This document shows, in pieces, positions 53,615-62,706 of a DNA stretch of 64,000 nucleotides (position 1 is its first letter; every line of letters starts with the position of its first letter). A model generated the notes under the pieces. The model did not search any database, was not told the origin of the DNA, and saw nothing but the letters and a program-made list of their open reading frames with translations. Source of the DNA: Eledone cirrhosa (lineage: Eukaryota). Both the position numbers and the translations under genes were made by a program. Location of the stretch: assembly GCA_964016885.1 (NCBI GenBank), contig OZ024742.1, positions 373,736,001 to 373,800,000 on the forward strand. The letters are read 5' to 3'.

Positions 53615-53862
53615 GTCCTTGGGCAAGACACTTTATTTCCCATTACTCCAGTTCACTCAGTTGGAAGAAATGAATTACATTATTAGTGCCAAGCTGTATC
53701 GACCTTTGGCTTACCCTTGGACAACATCAGTGGGTGTGGAGAGAGACGACTGATAGGATGGGCAACTGCTGGTCTTTCACAAAAACACCTTGAATGGGCT
53801 TGGGCCTCAGAAGGAAACTTTGTAGGTGCAAAATCCAAGGTCATTTATGACCAAAGGGAGTA
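53615..53862 (+). mobile_element. SINE family C body (CORE-like CCTTGGGCAAGACACTT)
   Basis: Aligns with 59470-59690 and 60560-60620. Confidence 0.75.
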
Positions 53863-53877
53863 TTTTATAAATATATA

Positions 53878-56016
53878 TATCATCACTAACTACTACAAGG
53901 GCAAAGGTGATGTGTTTAGACAGAAAGAACTACCGTGGCATCAAACTGGTGAACCAGGTCATGGAAGTTACAGTCATTGTACAACTGATTAGGGATTGAA
54001 TTAACCTAGATGAGATACAGTTCAGATTTGTGCCAGGAAAAAAAATACCACAGATGCCCTCTTCCTTGTGAGGCAACTGCAGGAGAAGTATCCAGCTAAA
54101 GCCCTCTACTTAGCATTTGTCTACCTAGAGAAAGCTTTTGACAGGGTCCCCTGTTCTGTAATCTGGTGTGCATTTAGGAAACTATGAGTAGAATAGTGGC
54201 TAGTGAGGGCAGTATAAGCCATTTTAGTAGAATATTAATTATGATAGTTATATTGTATCAACAGAAGTCACCAATATAGCAGACATTTAAGAGTCACCAG
54301 TTTAGCAGAAAGTAATATCATGCCATGTAATAATATCAACGATAATAATAATAATAATAATGATGTATTTTGTTGTAGCAGGACAGGGATGGTTTGGTTA
54401 TATCAATAAATGTAACGGTTTTGTTATATGGCAATATTAGTTGAATTGAGGTTCGGCTATAAGTCCCAGGTTCTGGCGCTGCAGTGATAATAACTCTGGA
54501 AAGAATCTTTCCATATCACATTTAAAGGCTATGGCTGTGGTAATAGCATCACAAGACTTTACAATGTTTTTTACATAATTTATTTACAAACCAATTACAA
54601 AGGTTGAGCTGGAATACCAAACAAAGGAATAAACAAATTAAGAGTTTAGAAGGTACGGTCGACTGGCTGAGGTGCTGGCCAGGCCGTAGTTATGTTGTTG
54701 TCGTTACATATTGGCTAGTGTCGAACGACAAAAGAAAAATGGTGTTTACCTTTCCATGATTAAAGCTGCAAGAGACAGTATATCAAAAGAAAGCAGGAAA
54801 ATCTCTGTTTAGATGGAAGCTGGTAAAATATATTCGTGCGCGGCTCACAATTGACCTGACTTAGCCAAATCACGCACAAATAGCCTATCAATGTGCCAAT
54901 GTACAGAGGTGCTGTCAGCAAGCTTAAAGTTAATAATGACTATAGTGAGGAGGTTAGTGTGCAAGTTGGGGTCTACCAAGGCTTCATCCTTAGCCCTCCC
55001 CTATTAATTATCGTCCATCAGGCTATAACAGAAGTGTTTAAAACAAGATGCCCTTGGGAACTCCTGTATGCGGATGATCTAACTCTCATAGCTGAATCTA
55101 TGGCAGAACTAGAGAAAAAATTCCTGACCTGGAATCAAAACCTAGAATCAAAAGTTAACTTGTCAAAGACCAAAGTTCTAATATGTAGTAAGGAAAACAA
55201 GGTCCTGATCTTTTCAGGGAAATGGCCCTACTCAGTGTGTAGGAAAGGGGTGGGTAGAAATTCTATCCTCTGTCCCAAATGCAAACTATGGGTACACAAG
55301 AGATGTAGTGGGATCTCTGATAGTTTAGCTAAGAATGTAGGTTTTACTTTTGGCAGTTGTACAGGAGCAATAACAAACACTCACAGGAAACAAGTGTTAT
55401 CAAATTCTTGGAAGGTTCCATAGAACCAGTTGACAGCTTCTGTTACCTTGGTTACCAAATTAGCAGTGGAGGTGGATATTCCAAAAGTACAGTAGCCAGA
55501 GTGAGAACGGGATGGAAAAAGTTCAGGAAGCTACCGCTGTTAGCTACAAAAGCTTTTCCCCCCAAAATGAAGGACAGATTGTATGATGCATGTATATGAA
55601 GAGCAAAGTTACATGGTAGTGAGAGCTGGGCATTGTGTGAAGAGGATCTGCGAAGATTGGGAAGAAATGAAACTGGAATGCTTCGATGGATGTGTAATAG
55701 TAATATACATGGACAGCTAAGCATAAATGAACTAAGAGAGAAATTAGGCATAAGCAGGATCCGATGCAGTATGCAGGAGAGGAGATTGCATTGGTATGGT
55801 CATGTGATGTGTATGAAAGATGACAGCTGTGTAAAAAAGTGCAGGGCTATCAAAAATGATGGAAGCTATGGAGTAGGAAGATCCAGGAAGGCCTGGGGTG
55901 AGATGATAAAAGCTGACCTTGCACAATTACACCTCTCAACGGCAATGACACAGGATCGAGATCTCTGGTGTTATGCAGTAATACAGAAGACCCACCTTTC
56001 CGTGTGCACAGGTTGA
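53878..56016 (+). mobile_element. Decayed RTE-clade LINE (reverse transcriptase pseudogene) split by a ~675-bp insertion
   Basis: YKGKGD..NYRGIKL..LDEIQFRFVPG..TTDALFLVRQLQEKY..LAFVYLEKAFDRVP (53878-54221), then VGVYQG..LSP..PWELLYADD..VNLSKTK..FCYLG..RTGWKKF..GSESW..RRLHWYGHV (54899-56016); several stops and frameshifts. Confidence 0.92.
54222..54898. other. Unclassified insertion inside the RTE reading frame
   Basis: RT homology stops at ...GTATAAGCCA and resumes at ATGTACAGAGG; GCCA occurs at both ends; contains an (AAT)n tract. Confidence 0.6.
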
Positions 56017-56591
56017 AGCATACATCTTCTATGCACGGTTTTCCCTTACCTCCCCCTTCCATACACCTACCACGTACTAATACCCCATCCTTCATCCACA
56101 CCCCACCCTTCTCCAGATAAGTACCCCATGCACCTCCTTCACCCCAGCCCCCAGTCCACACTTCCAAACAAGGGGTCAAGGGAACTCTTCAGCTAATGAA
56201 GGTGATTTTCACAATAAATACACCCAGCCCACTTTGTCCACCTGTTTGTGATAAGATGGTCATCTAAAACTGTCAAAGAGTTGGGAGAACCCTTCAGATG
56301 TGTCAAGGACATGACAATTCCCCCTAGTGTTGGCATCACAATAAAATGTACTTGGTAGTATGTGGGATCATATGTGAGATACAGGCTACCAACCTGTGGG
56401 TAAGGTGCAGGAACTTAAGTGTGGTCCCGATCAACTGTTGTCAGTACCTCCACTTTTAGTACCAGCCCCTTCTGGTGATGACCCACCCATCCAGTGTTGC
56501 ACACAAAACCTTGCCTGGGGTGTTAAGGTCGTTAAGTGTGCATGAACCTTCAAGACTGGGGCAGATGATGATGATGATTGATCTATTTCAG

Positions 56592-56702
56592 GATTCACTT
56601 GTACTATTTTCAAACGAAGGAGAATGATACCAAACATTAACCATCCAGCAACACAAGTAAGGTCCCAAGCAGAGCGACAGGCATTTAACTTCTGTGTTCA
56701 GG
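56592..56702 (+). CDS. POLN: DNA polymerase nu-like, internal exon (111 bp, phase 1/1): (G)FTCTIFKRRRMIPNINHPATQVRSQAERQAFNFCVQ(G)
   Basis: Acceptor tctatttcag, donor gtaggt; family-A signatures T..xRRR..P and AERQA.N..VQG; NF.VQG is POLN-like rather than POLQ-like (NT.VQG). Confidence 0.95.
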
Positions 56703-56744
56703 GTAGGTGATATTTTAAGTATAATTTGTATTGTTATCAATGCC

Positions 56745-56962
56745 TCCCCAGTGCTGGTGCCATGATAAAAAACACCCAGCTCACTCTATAAAGTGGTTGT
56801 GCTGGTGCCATGATAAAATGCACCCAGCTCACTCTGTAAAGTGGTTGTGCTGGTATCACAATAAAAAGCACCCAGTCTACCCAGTAAAGTGACAGTGCTA
56901 ATGCCTGACCAATCTAACCTCAGTATGTGAAGCACAGTAAAATGACGTTAAACAATGATGAT
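56745..56962 (+). mobile_element. SINE family A fragment in the opposite orientation, with three ~48-bp repeats
   Basis: GTGCTGGTGCCATGATAAAA..CACCCAGCTCACTCTGTAAAGTGGTT repeats, ending GACGTTAAACAATGATGATAAT. Confidence 0.65.
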
Positions 56963-57362
56963 AATTATAGATTAAGTGATTGTTATCATTCCATTCTCTC
57001 CCCAATGTTTTTCAATAATTAAATTAGACACTGTATATATTATAGAAGGTAAATGTATTTTTGTAGTTAGCTTTAACCCTTAAAGTCCTGTACCACATGA
57101 AACCGCATTAGCAAGACATACTTGAAGTGTACAAAACAGCACAATGACAGAACTGGAGTCTTTACTCTAATACTATGTATACATATTCACAGCAATCTAT
57201 CCCCTAGTAAAGAGACTACAAACATTTAAATTAACAAACCTGTTTTTAGATATTTTCTACTAAATCAATACAGGAAGATAAGAGTTCATTCAACAGAACT
57301 TATATCTCAAAGCAGAAGGAATTTCTGTTGACTCTTATTTCTATTAGAATCACAGACATCAC

Positions 57363-58575
57363 TGTAGATGTAGACATATCTCCATGTAGATATATCTCCA
57401 TGTAGATGTAGACATATCTCCATGTAGATATAGATGTAGACATATCTCCATGTAGATGTAGATGTAGACATATCTCCATGTATATGTAGATGTAGACATA
57501 TCTCCATGTAGATGTAGACATATCTCCATGTATATGTAGACATATCTCCATGTAGATGTAGACATATCTCCATGTAGATGTAGATGTAGACATATCTCCA
57601 TGTAGATGTAGATGTAGACATATCTCCATGTAGATGTAGACATATCTCCATGTATATGTAGATGTAGACATATCTCCATGTAGATGTAGATGTAGACATA
57701 TCTACATGTATATGTAGATGTAGACATATCTCCATGTAGATGTAGATGTAGACATATCTCCATGTATATGTAGACATATCTCCATGTAGATGTAGATGTA
57801 GACATATCTCCATGTAGATGTAGATGTAGACATATCTCCATGTATATGTAGACATATCTCCATGTAGATGTAGATGTAGACATATCTACATGTAGATGTA
57901 GATGTAGACATATCTACATGTAGATGTAGATGTAGACATATCTCCATGTATATGTAAATGTAGACATATCTCCATGTAGATGTAGATGTAGACATATCTA
58001 CATGTATATGTAGATGTAGACATATCTACATGTAGATGTAGACATATCTACATGTATATGTAGATGTAGACATATCTACATGTAGATGTAGACATATCTA
58101 CATGTAGATGTAGACATATCTACATGTAGATGTAGACATATCTACATGTAGATGTAGATGTAGACATCTATATGTATATGTAGATGTAGACATATCTCCA
58201 TGTATAAGTAGAAATATCTCCATGTAGATGTAGATGTAGACATATCTACATGTATAAGTAGAAATATCTCCATGTAGATGTAGATGTAGACATATCTACA
58301 TGTAGATGTAGACATATCTACATGTATAAGTAGAAATAGCTCCATGTAGATGTAGATGTAGACATATCTACATGTATAAGTAGAAATAGCTCCATGTAGA
58401 TGTAGATGTAGACATATCTACATGTAGATGTAGACATATCTACATGTATAAGTAGAAATAGCTACATGTAGATGTAGATGTAGACATATCTACATGTAGA
58501 TGTAGACATATCTACATGTAGAAATGTGTAGATGTAGACATATCTACATGTAGATGTAGATGTAGACATATCTAC
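57363..58575. repeat. Compound self-complementary microsatellite (ATGTAG)n-ACATATCT(C/A)C, 22/28-bp units
   Basis: Direct reading; accounts for all periodic ORFs between 57300 and 58345. Confidence 0.97.
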
Positions 58576-58655
58576 AAGGGTTGACTGAAAAGTTCATAGG
58601 CTGACCAAGATACTCTCATGGAATGACCAGATGAGGTTTATTTTTCAACATATCC
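58573..58655 (+). mobile_element. Tc1/mariner-like terminal fragment
   Basis: TA|CAAGGGTTGACTGAAAAGTTCATAGG resembles mariner TIR starts (TA|CGAGGG....AAAAGTT); no partner TIR found in the window. Confidence 0.45.
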
Positions 58656-59103
58656 CTGGAAAGAAACAATGCAGTTATTAATAAGAGTTGAAATTAATGC
58701 ATGCAAGATTTGACAGCTCTAACATCACTCCTTCATAGTGAACCTATGACCCCTTGTATATTCAGTTGTATCATCCCAACAAATTTGAGACTTTGCACAA
58801 CTGTAAGAATTATTTATATAATCAATATAGTCGACAACCTTCTCTTTGCCATTTTCAAATTGGAAGAAAATCTCTTCACTGGTGAGATTAGTGAAAATCT
58901 GTTAGATAAATATTTTAGCAGGGTATTAAATGCAGGACATGATGGGCAGAATAATTAAATTTATAAACAAATGATCACTAGGTAATTAGTTAAAAATAGT
59001 TCTGCTGTATGTATTACAATCTGGTGATGATGATGATGATGATGGAAACTTCCTATATATATATGTGTGTATATACACACACACACGCATATATATATAG
59101 CAA

Positions 59104-59690
59104 GTGCATTGCTTAAGTGGTTAGACTGTCAGGCTTACAATCGTGAAGTTAAAAAAAAAAACGAATAATGTAAATTATTGTGTACAGTGCTCAGGTGCAC
59201 TACAAATCATCAAAGGTGCATGTATAGTACATAGAATAATGTACAAATGTCAGCAAAGTGAACAGTGTATGTGTCATGATATTCACACAGACACACACAC
59301 CACACACACATTCATGTATGTGTATGGAAGGGGAATATCAGGTCTAGTGTTGGCGAATTTCAGGAAGTATGGAAGTTTTGAAGGATGCAGTGTCCCAACA
59401 GCTAACAACTAATGCAAATGGTTTGCTCCATGCTTCAGCAACACTGAGCCTGGACAGGGTTGTGTGTTGTGTTCTTGAACAAGACACTTTATTTCATGTT
59501 GCTCCAGTTTACTCAGTTGTAGAAATGAGTTGTGATCTCACAGGTTCCAAGCTGTATCAGCCATTGCCTTTACCTTGGACAACATCGGTGACATATAGAT
59601 AGGCGACTGCTGGTCTTCCACAAACAACCTTGCCCAGTCATGTGCCTCGAGTGCAAATCCCATGATCACTCATGACCAAAGGAGTCTTTT
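59104..59690 (+). mobile_element. SINE family C interrupted by a minus-strand CR1 3' fragment (~59150-59447)
   Basis: Head GTGCATTGCTTAAGTGGTTAGA...AATCGTGAAGTT, then sequence matching CR1 49940-50195, then the body resumes CCTGGACAGGGTTGTGTGTTGTGTTCTTGAACAAGACACTT. Confidence 0.8.
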
Positions 59691-59926
59691 AATAGGAGAT
59701 AAATAAAATCCCCTGACGATGCTTTAGTGTGATATGCTAATATTGAAGTTAAAATATGTGTAGACATTAATAAAATGATATGAAATACCTCTTTAGTTGT
59801 CAATCGATTTTATATATATATATTAAAATTTAGCTTCATCATAGCTGTGTGTATATATATATATATCAGTCTAACCCATGCTAGCGTGGAAGAACGGACG
59901 TAAAACGGTGATGATGATGATGATGA

Positions 59927-60161
59927 TATATATATATGTATGTGTGTGTGTGAATTTCGTATATATTTAAAGATGTACATTATTTTTAATAAATAAACAT
60001 TTTGAAAGCCAAGTTATGAATATTGAAAAGCTGACAGCTGGAATCTGATAGATGGCCCTGGCCTTCAGCCTTTCAATATTCATAGCTTGGATTTCAAACT
60101 GCTTATTTATTAAACATACCCTCTATCTTTAAATATACAAAATTCACATACATATATATAT
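59927..60161. mobile_element. MITE-like imperfect fold-back element between (TA)n tracts
   Basis: ~100-bp inverted arms, e.g. TTTGAAAGCCAAGTTATGAATATTGAAAAGCTGA vs TCAGCCTTTCAATATTCATAGCTTGGATTTCAAA, and TGTGAATTT..ATTTAAAGAT vs ATCTTTAAAT..AAATTCACA. Confidence 0.75.
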
Positions 60162-60229
60162 GGAGGCAAGCTGTACTAGCAATAACAATTAATTTGGCTG
60201 TCTGTGTATCATTAATTTCTTCTTATTTT

Positions 60230-60411
60230 GGATTGGCAGTATCGGTAGAGGGTCGGACGCCATGCTTTCCAGCATAGTTACGTCCCTTTACGATCTGAGT
60301 TCAAATCCCGCCGAGGTTGACTTTGCCTTTCATCCTTACGGGGTCGATAAAATAAAGTACCAGTAATGCACTGGGTAATTGCTGGCCTTGTGCCTAAAGT
60401 AGAAACAATTA
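60230..60411 (+). mobile_element. SINE family B with well-preserved A/B boxes
   Basis: TGGCAGTATCGG ... GAGTTCAAATCC ... GCCTTTCATCCTTACGGGGTCGATAAAATAAAGTACCAG; imperfect TSD ATTAATTTCTT..ATTTT. Confidence 0.88.
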
Positions 60412-60477
60412 ATTTCTTATTTTTATTGTGACCCAGTAAGGATTATTTAAGTAAATCTATCATGTTTATACCATGTG

Positions 60478-60645
60478 AAGGCGCATGGCTTAGTGGTTAG
60501 AACATTGGGCTTGCAATTGAGAGGTTGTGAGTTCAATTCTTGGACTGGGTGATGTGTTGTTTCCTTGAGCAAGACACTTTATTTCACGTTGTTCCAGTTT
60601 ACTCAGCTGTAGAAATGAGATGATTGGACTGGAGTCCCTTTCATT
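60478..60645 (+). mobile_element. tRNA-derived SINE family C (head and CORE-like domain)
   Basis: A box TGGCTTAGTGG, B-box-like GAGTTCAATTC, then CCTTGAGCAAGACACTTTATTTCAC. Confidence 0.85.
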
Positions 60646-60870
60646 AAATCACCGAAGCCACCTCCAACGAGATATACCTTGGAGGAGGCCAGCTAAACCT
60701 GCATAGGTGTGAGCTGTCACACACATACCATCTGATGACATCAGCTAATGTTTTGTGTCACAGTCTGGTGGCATAAGTTAATCAGCGACAGAAATACATA
60801 TCATCCAACAATAAAGGAAGTTACTGGAATCCGGTCTTCTCGTGTTTTTCATTGAAATATATATATATAT

Positions 60871-61091
60871 ATCATCATTATCAACACCACCATCATCATC
60901 ACCACCATCATCATCATTATCATCACCACCACCATCATCATCATCACCATTTAATGTCCATTTTCCATGCTAACATGGGTTAGATGAGTTGTCCCATTGT
61001 GAGACAAGCCAGGTCAGATGACCATGTCTTGCTCATACAGAACTGGTTTTAACTTGATTTCTATGGTTGGATGTCCTTCCTAACACCAACC
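60871..61091 (-). mobile_element. SINE family A 3' part with a long (CAT/CAC)n tail
   Basis: Aligns with 46421-46575. Confidence 0.8.
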
Positions 61092-61163
61092 ATATTATAT
61101 TTCCAGTGTGTAGCTAGGTATACACGACCACTTGTGTGTGATTATATGTTTATCTATTATTAG

Positions 61164-61242
61164 GCTCTGCAGCTGACCTTTGTAAAGCTGCCATGCTGCA
61201 AATTGAAAGAGTGTTTTTCCAAGAAAGCCACCTACAAACCAG
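61164..61242 (+). CDS. POLN: DNA polymerase nu-like, internal exon (79 bp, phase 1/2): (G)SAADLCKAAMLQIERVFFQESHLQT(R)
   Basis: Acceptor tctattattag, donor CAG/gtattt; QGSAADLCK.AM is the POLN-type form of the family-A motif; the motif C exon (QIHDE) is expected beyond the window. Confidence 0.95.
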
Positions 61243-61860
61243 GTATTTATTTCAAATTAATTTATATACTTTATACTTTCATTACACGTTTCTTGATACC
61301 AGTTGTACAATCCAGCATTGCCAAAATGACAAATATGGCCATTTGTTTTTTGTTTTTTTTTGTTTTTTTTCTGTTTAACTCAACTCAATTGTGCAAGCTG
61401 TTGTCTTCTTCCAATAACATGATTCAGGCTAACTAATGTCCTCGGAAATAGCTTTAATTTCCCACTTTCAAGGAATATGTCTTTGTTGTGATTTCATAAC
61501 TTAAAACATTGGTTACAAAAATGTTGCTATTTATAATAATGTCATATAAAGAGAATGTTATAACTCAGGCTCCTACAGTTTTGCTGATGTGAAGAGCTGC
61601 AAAAATATTCTGACCAAAAGGTTCTAGAAGTGTAAAAGTTTTAAAAGTCCTGGTAAACCAGCTGTGTATGTCTTTGATATGTTGTCATTTGTCAATGTTA
61701 ATACTAGTAGCAGTAATAAATAAAGGATAGACAAAGAATAACACAGTGGTACCAGCGGTCGATGACAACTTTTTTTCCGTCTTTTAAGGGTCTTCACTCT
61801 ATTTTATAAGCATTCTTTATAGCATTTCTGCGCTTGAACACTCTCTTTATACTTATATAT

Positions 61861-62024
61861 ATCATCATCATCATTTTACGTCCACTTTTCCCTGCTTGCA
61901 AGGGTGGGACGGGAACTGATTCTGGCTTGATTTCTACAGCTGGATGCCCTTCCTAACACCAACCTCATTTACAGTGAGTGCTGGGTGCTTTTTTTCCGTG
62001 GCACCTCCATGACCACTTTGCAGT
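61861..62024 (-). mobile_element. SINE family A copy
   Basis: (ATC)n tail, TTTCTACAGCTGGATGCCCTTCCTAACACCAACC, then a single copy of the 48-bp segment. Confidence 0.78.
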
Positions 62025-62026
62025 GG

Positions 62027-62165
62027 AATGATAGGGACCCCAGTCCCTATCATCTCATTTCTACAGCTGAGTAAACTGGAGCAATGTGAAATAAAATGTC
62101 TTGCTCAAGGAAACAACACATCACCCTTTATTTCACATTGCTCCAGTTTACTCAGCTGTAGAAAT
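62027..62165 (-). mobile_element. SINE family C fragment carrying a perfect 39-bp inverted duplication
   Basis: 62027-62126 is the near reverse complement of 60547-60645; 62057-62095 and 62127-62165 are exact reverse complements. Confidence 0.85.
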
Positions 62166-62297
62166 ATATATTCTCAGTGCATCAAAAGCTGAAAATCTGG
62201 ATTTGTCCACTGTTTACATATGGATGCCTGTCTCTCTTCCTACCTGCTGACACCTGGAAGCTGTTGTCTAATTAAAATGACAGGAAGGGATTCGTCA

Positions 62298-62465
62298 TGG
62301 CTCCTTAGCTTAATGGTTAAAGTGTCTACCTGGTAGCTGGAGGATATAGGGTCCAATTCCTTATAACAGCAGATGGCAACTTCTTTTTCCATCTTTTAAG
62401 GGACTTCACCCTATTTTTTAAGCTATCTTTATAGCATTTCTTCTGAACTTGAGGACTTTCTTTAT
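62298..62465 (+). mobile_element. Probable tRNA-derived SINE, family D (second partial copy at ~61755-61855)
   Basis: A box TAGCTTAATGG, degenerate B box GGTCCAATTCC; tail TCTTTTAAGGG.CTTCAC.CTATTTT.TAAGC..TCTTTATAGCATTTC shared with 61779-61830. Confidence 0.6.
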
Positions 62466-62706
62466 ATTTATATATATCATTCATAATTTGGCATTAATAA
62501 TATACTGGTTAGATGCCCTTCCTATCACTAGCACTAGAGAGGTTGCCTTACTGGACTCAGTGGCCCTCCCAACTCCATATTTTGGCATGGTTTTAATGGC
62601 TGAATATATATATATATATATATATATATTCTCAGCGCTTCAAAACTCAAAGATTCAGCTTCATATGTTACATGTGGACAGTAGAAACTTTGCCAGAATG
62701 GAATGT

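Noticed and set aside
54893-56016. Active reverse transcriptase system
   Set aside because: 5'-truncated, interrupted by an insertion, multiple stops and frameshifts; an ordinary dead RTE LINE.
57300-58345. Long periodic minus-strand ORFs (MSTSTWRYVYIYMEICLHLH...)
   Set aside because: Microsatellite translations.
58660-58960. 85-aa + strand ORF, and a minus-strand open stretch ending ...TRGHRFTMKE
   Set aside because: No recognisable family beyond a 4-aa CR1-like motif; does not fit the POLN frame, which is already contiguous.
60478-60550. tRNA genes at A/B-box sequences (also 60230, 62298)
   Set aside because: No complete cloverleaf; each continues into a repeated SINE body.
47585-61242. 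Assignment of the exons to POLQ or bacterial polA
   Set aside because: GK.RL, NF.VQG and SAADLCK fit POLN better, and GT-AG introns exclude a bacterial gene; a phylogeny would be decisive.
61193-61436. ORFs 61193-61378 and 61203-61436 as separate genes
   Set aside because: The first is the POLN exon frame reading through the donor into the intron; the second is AT-rich noise.
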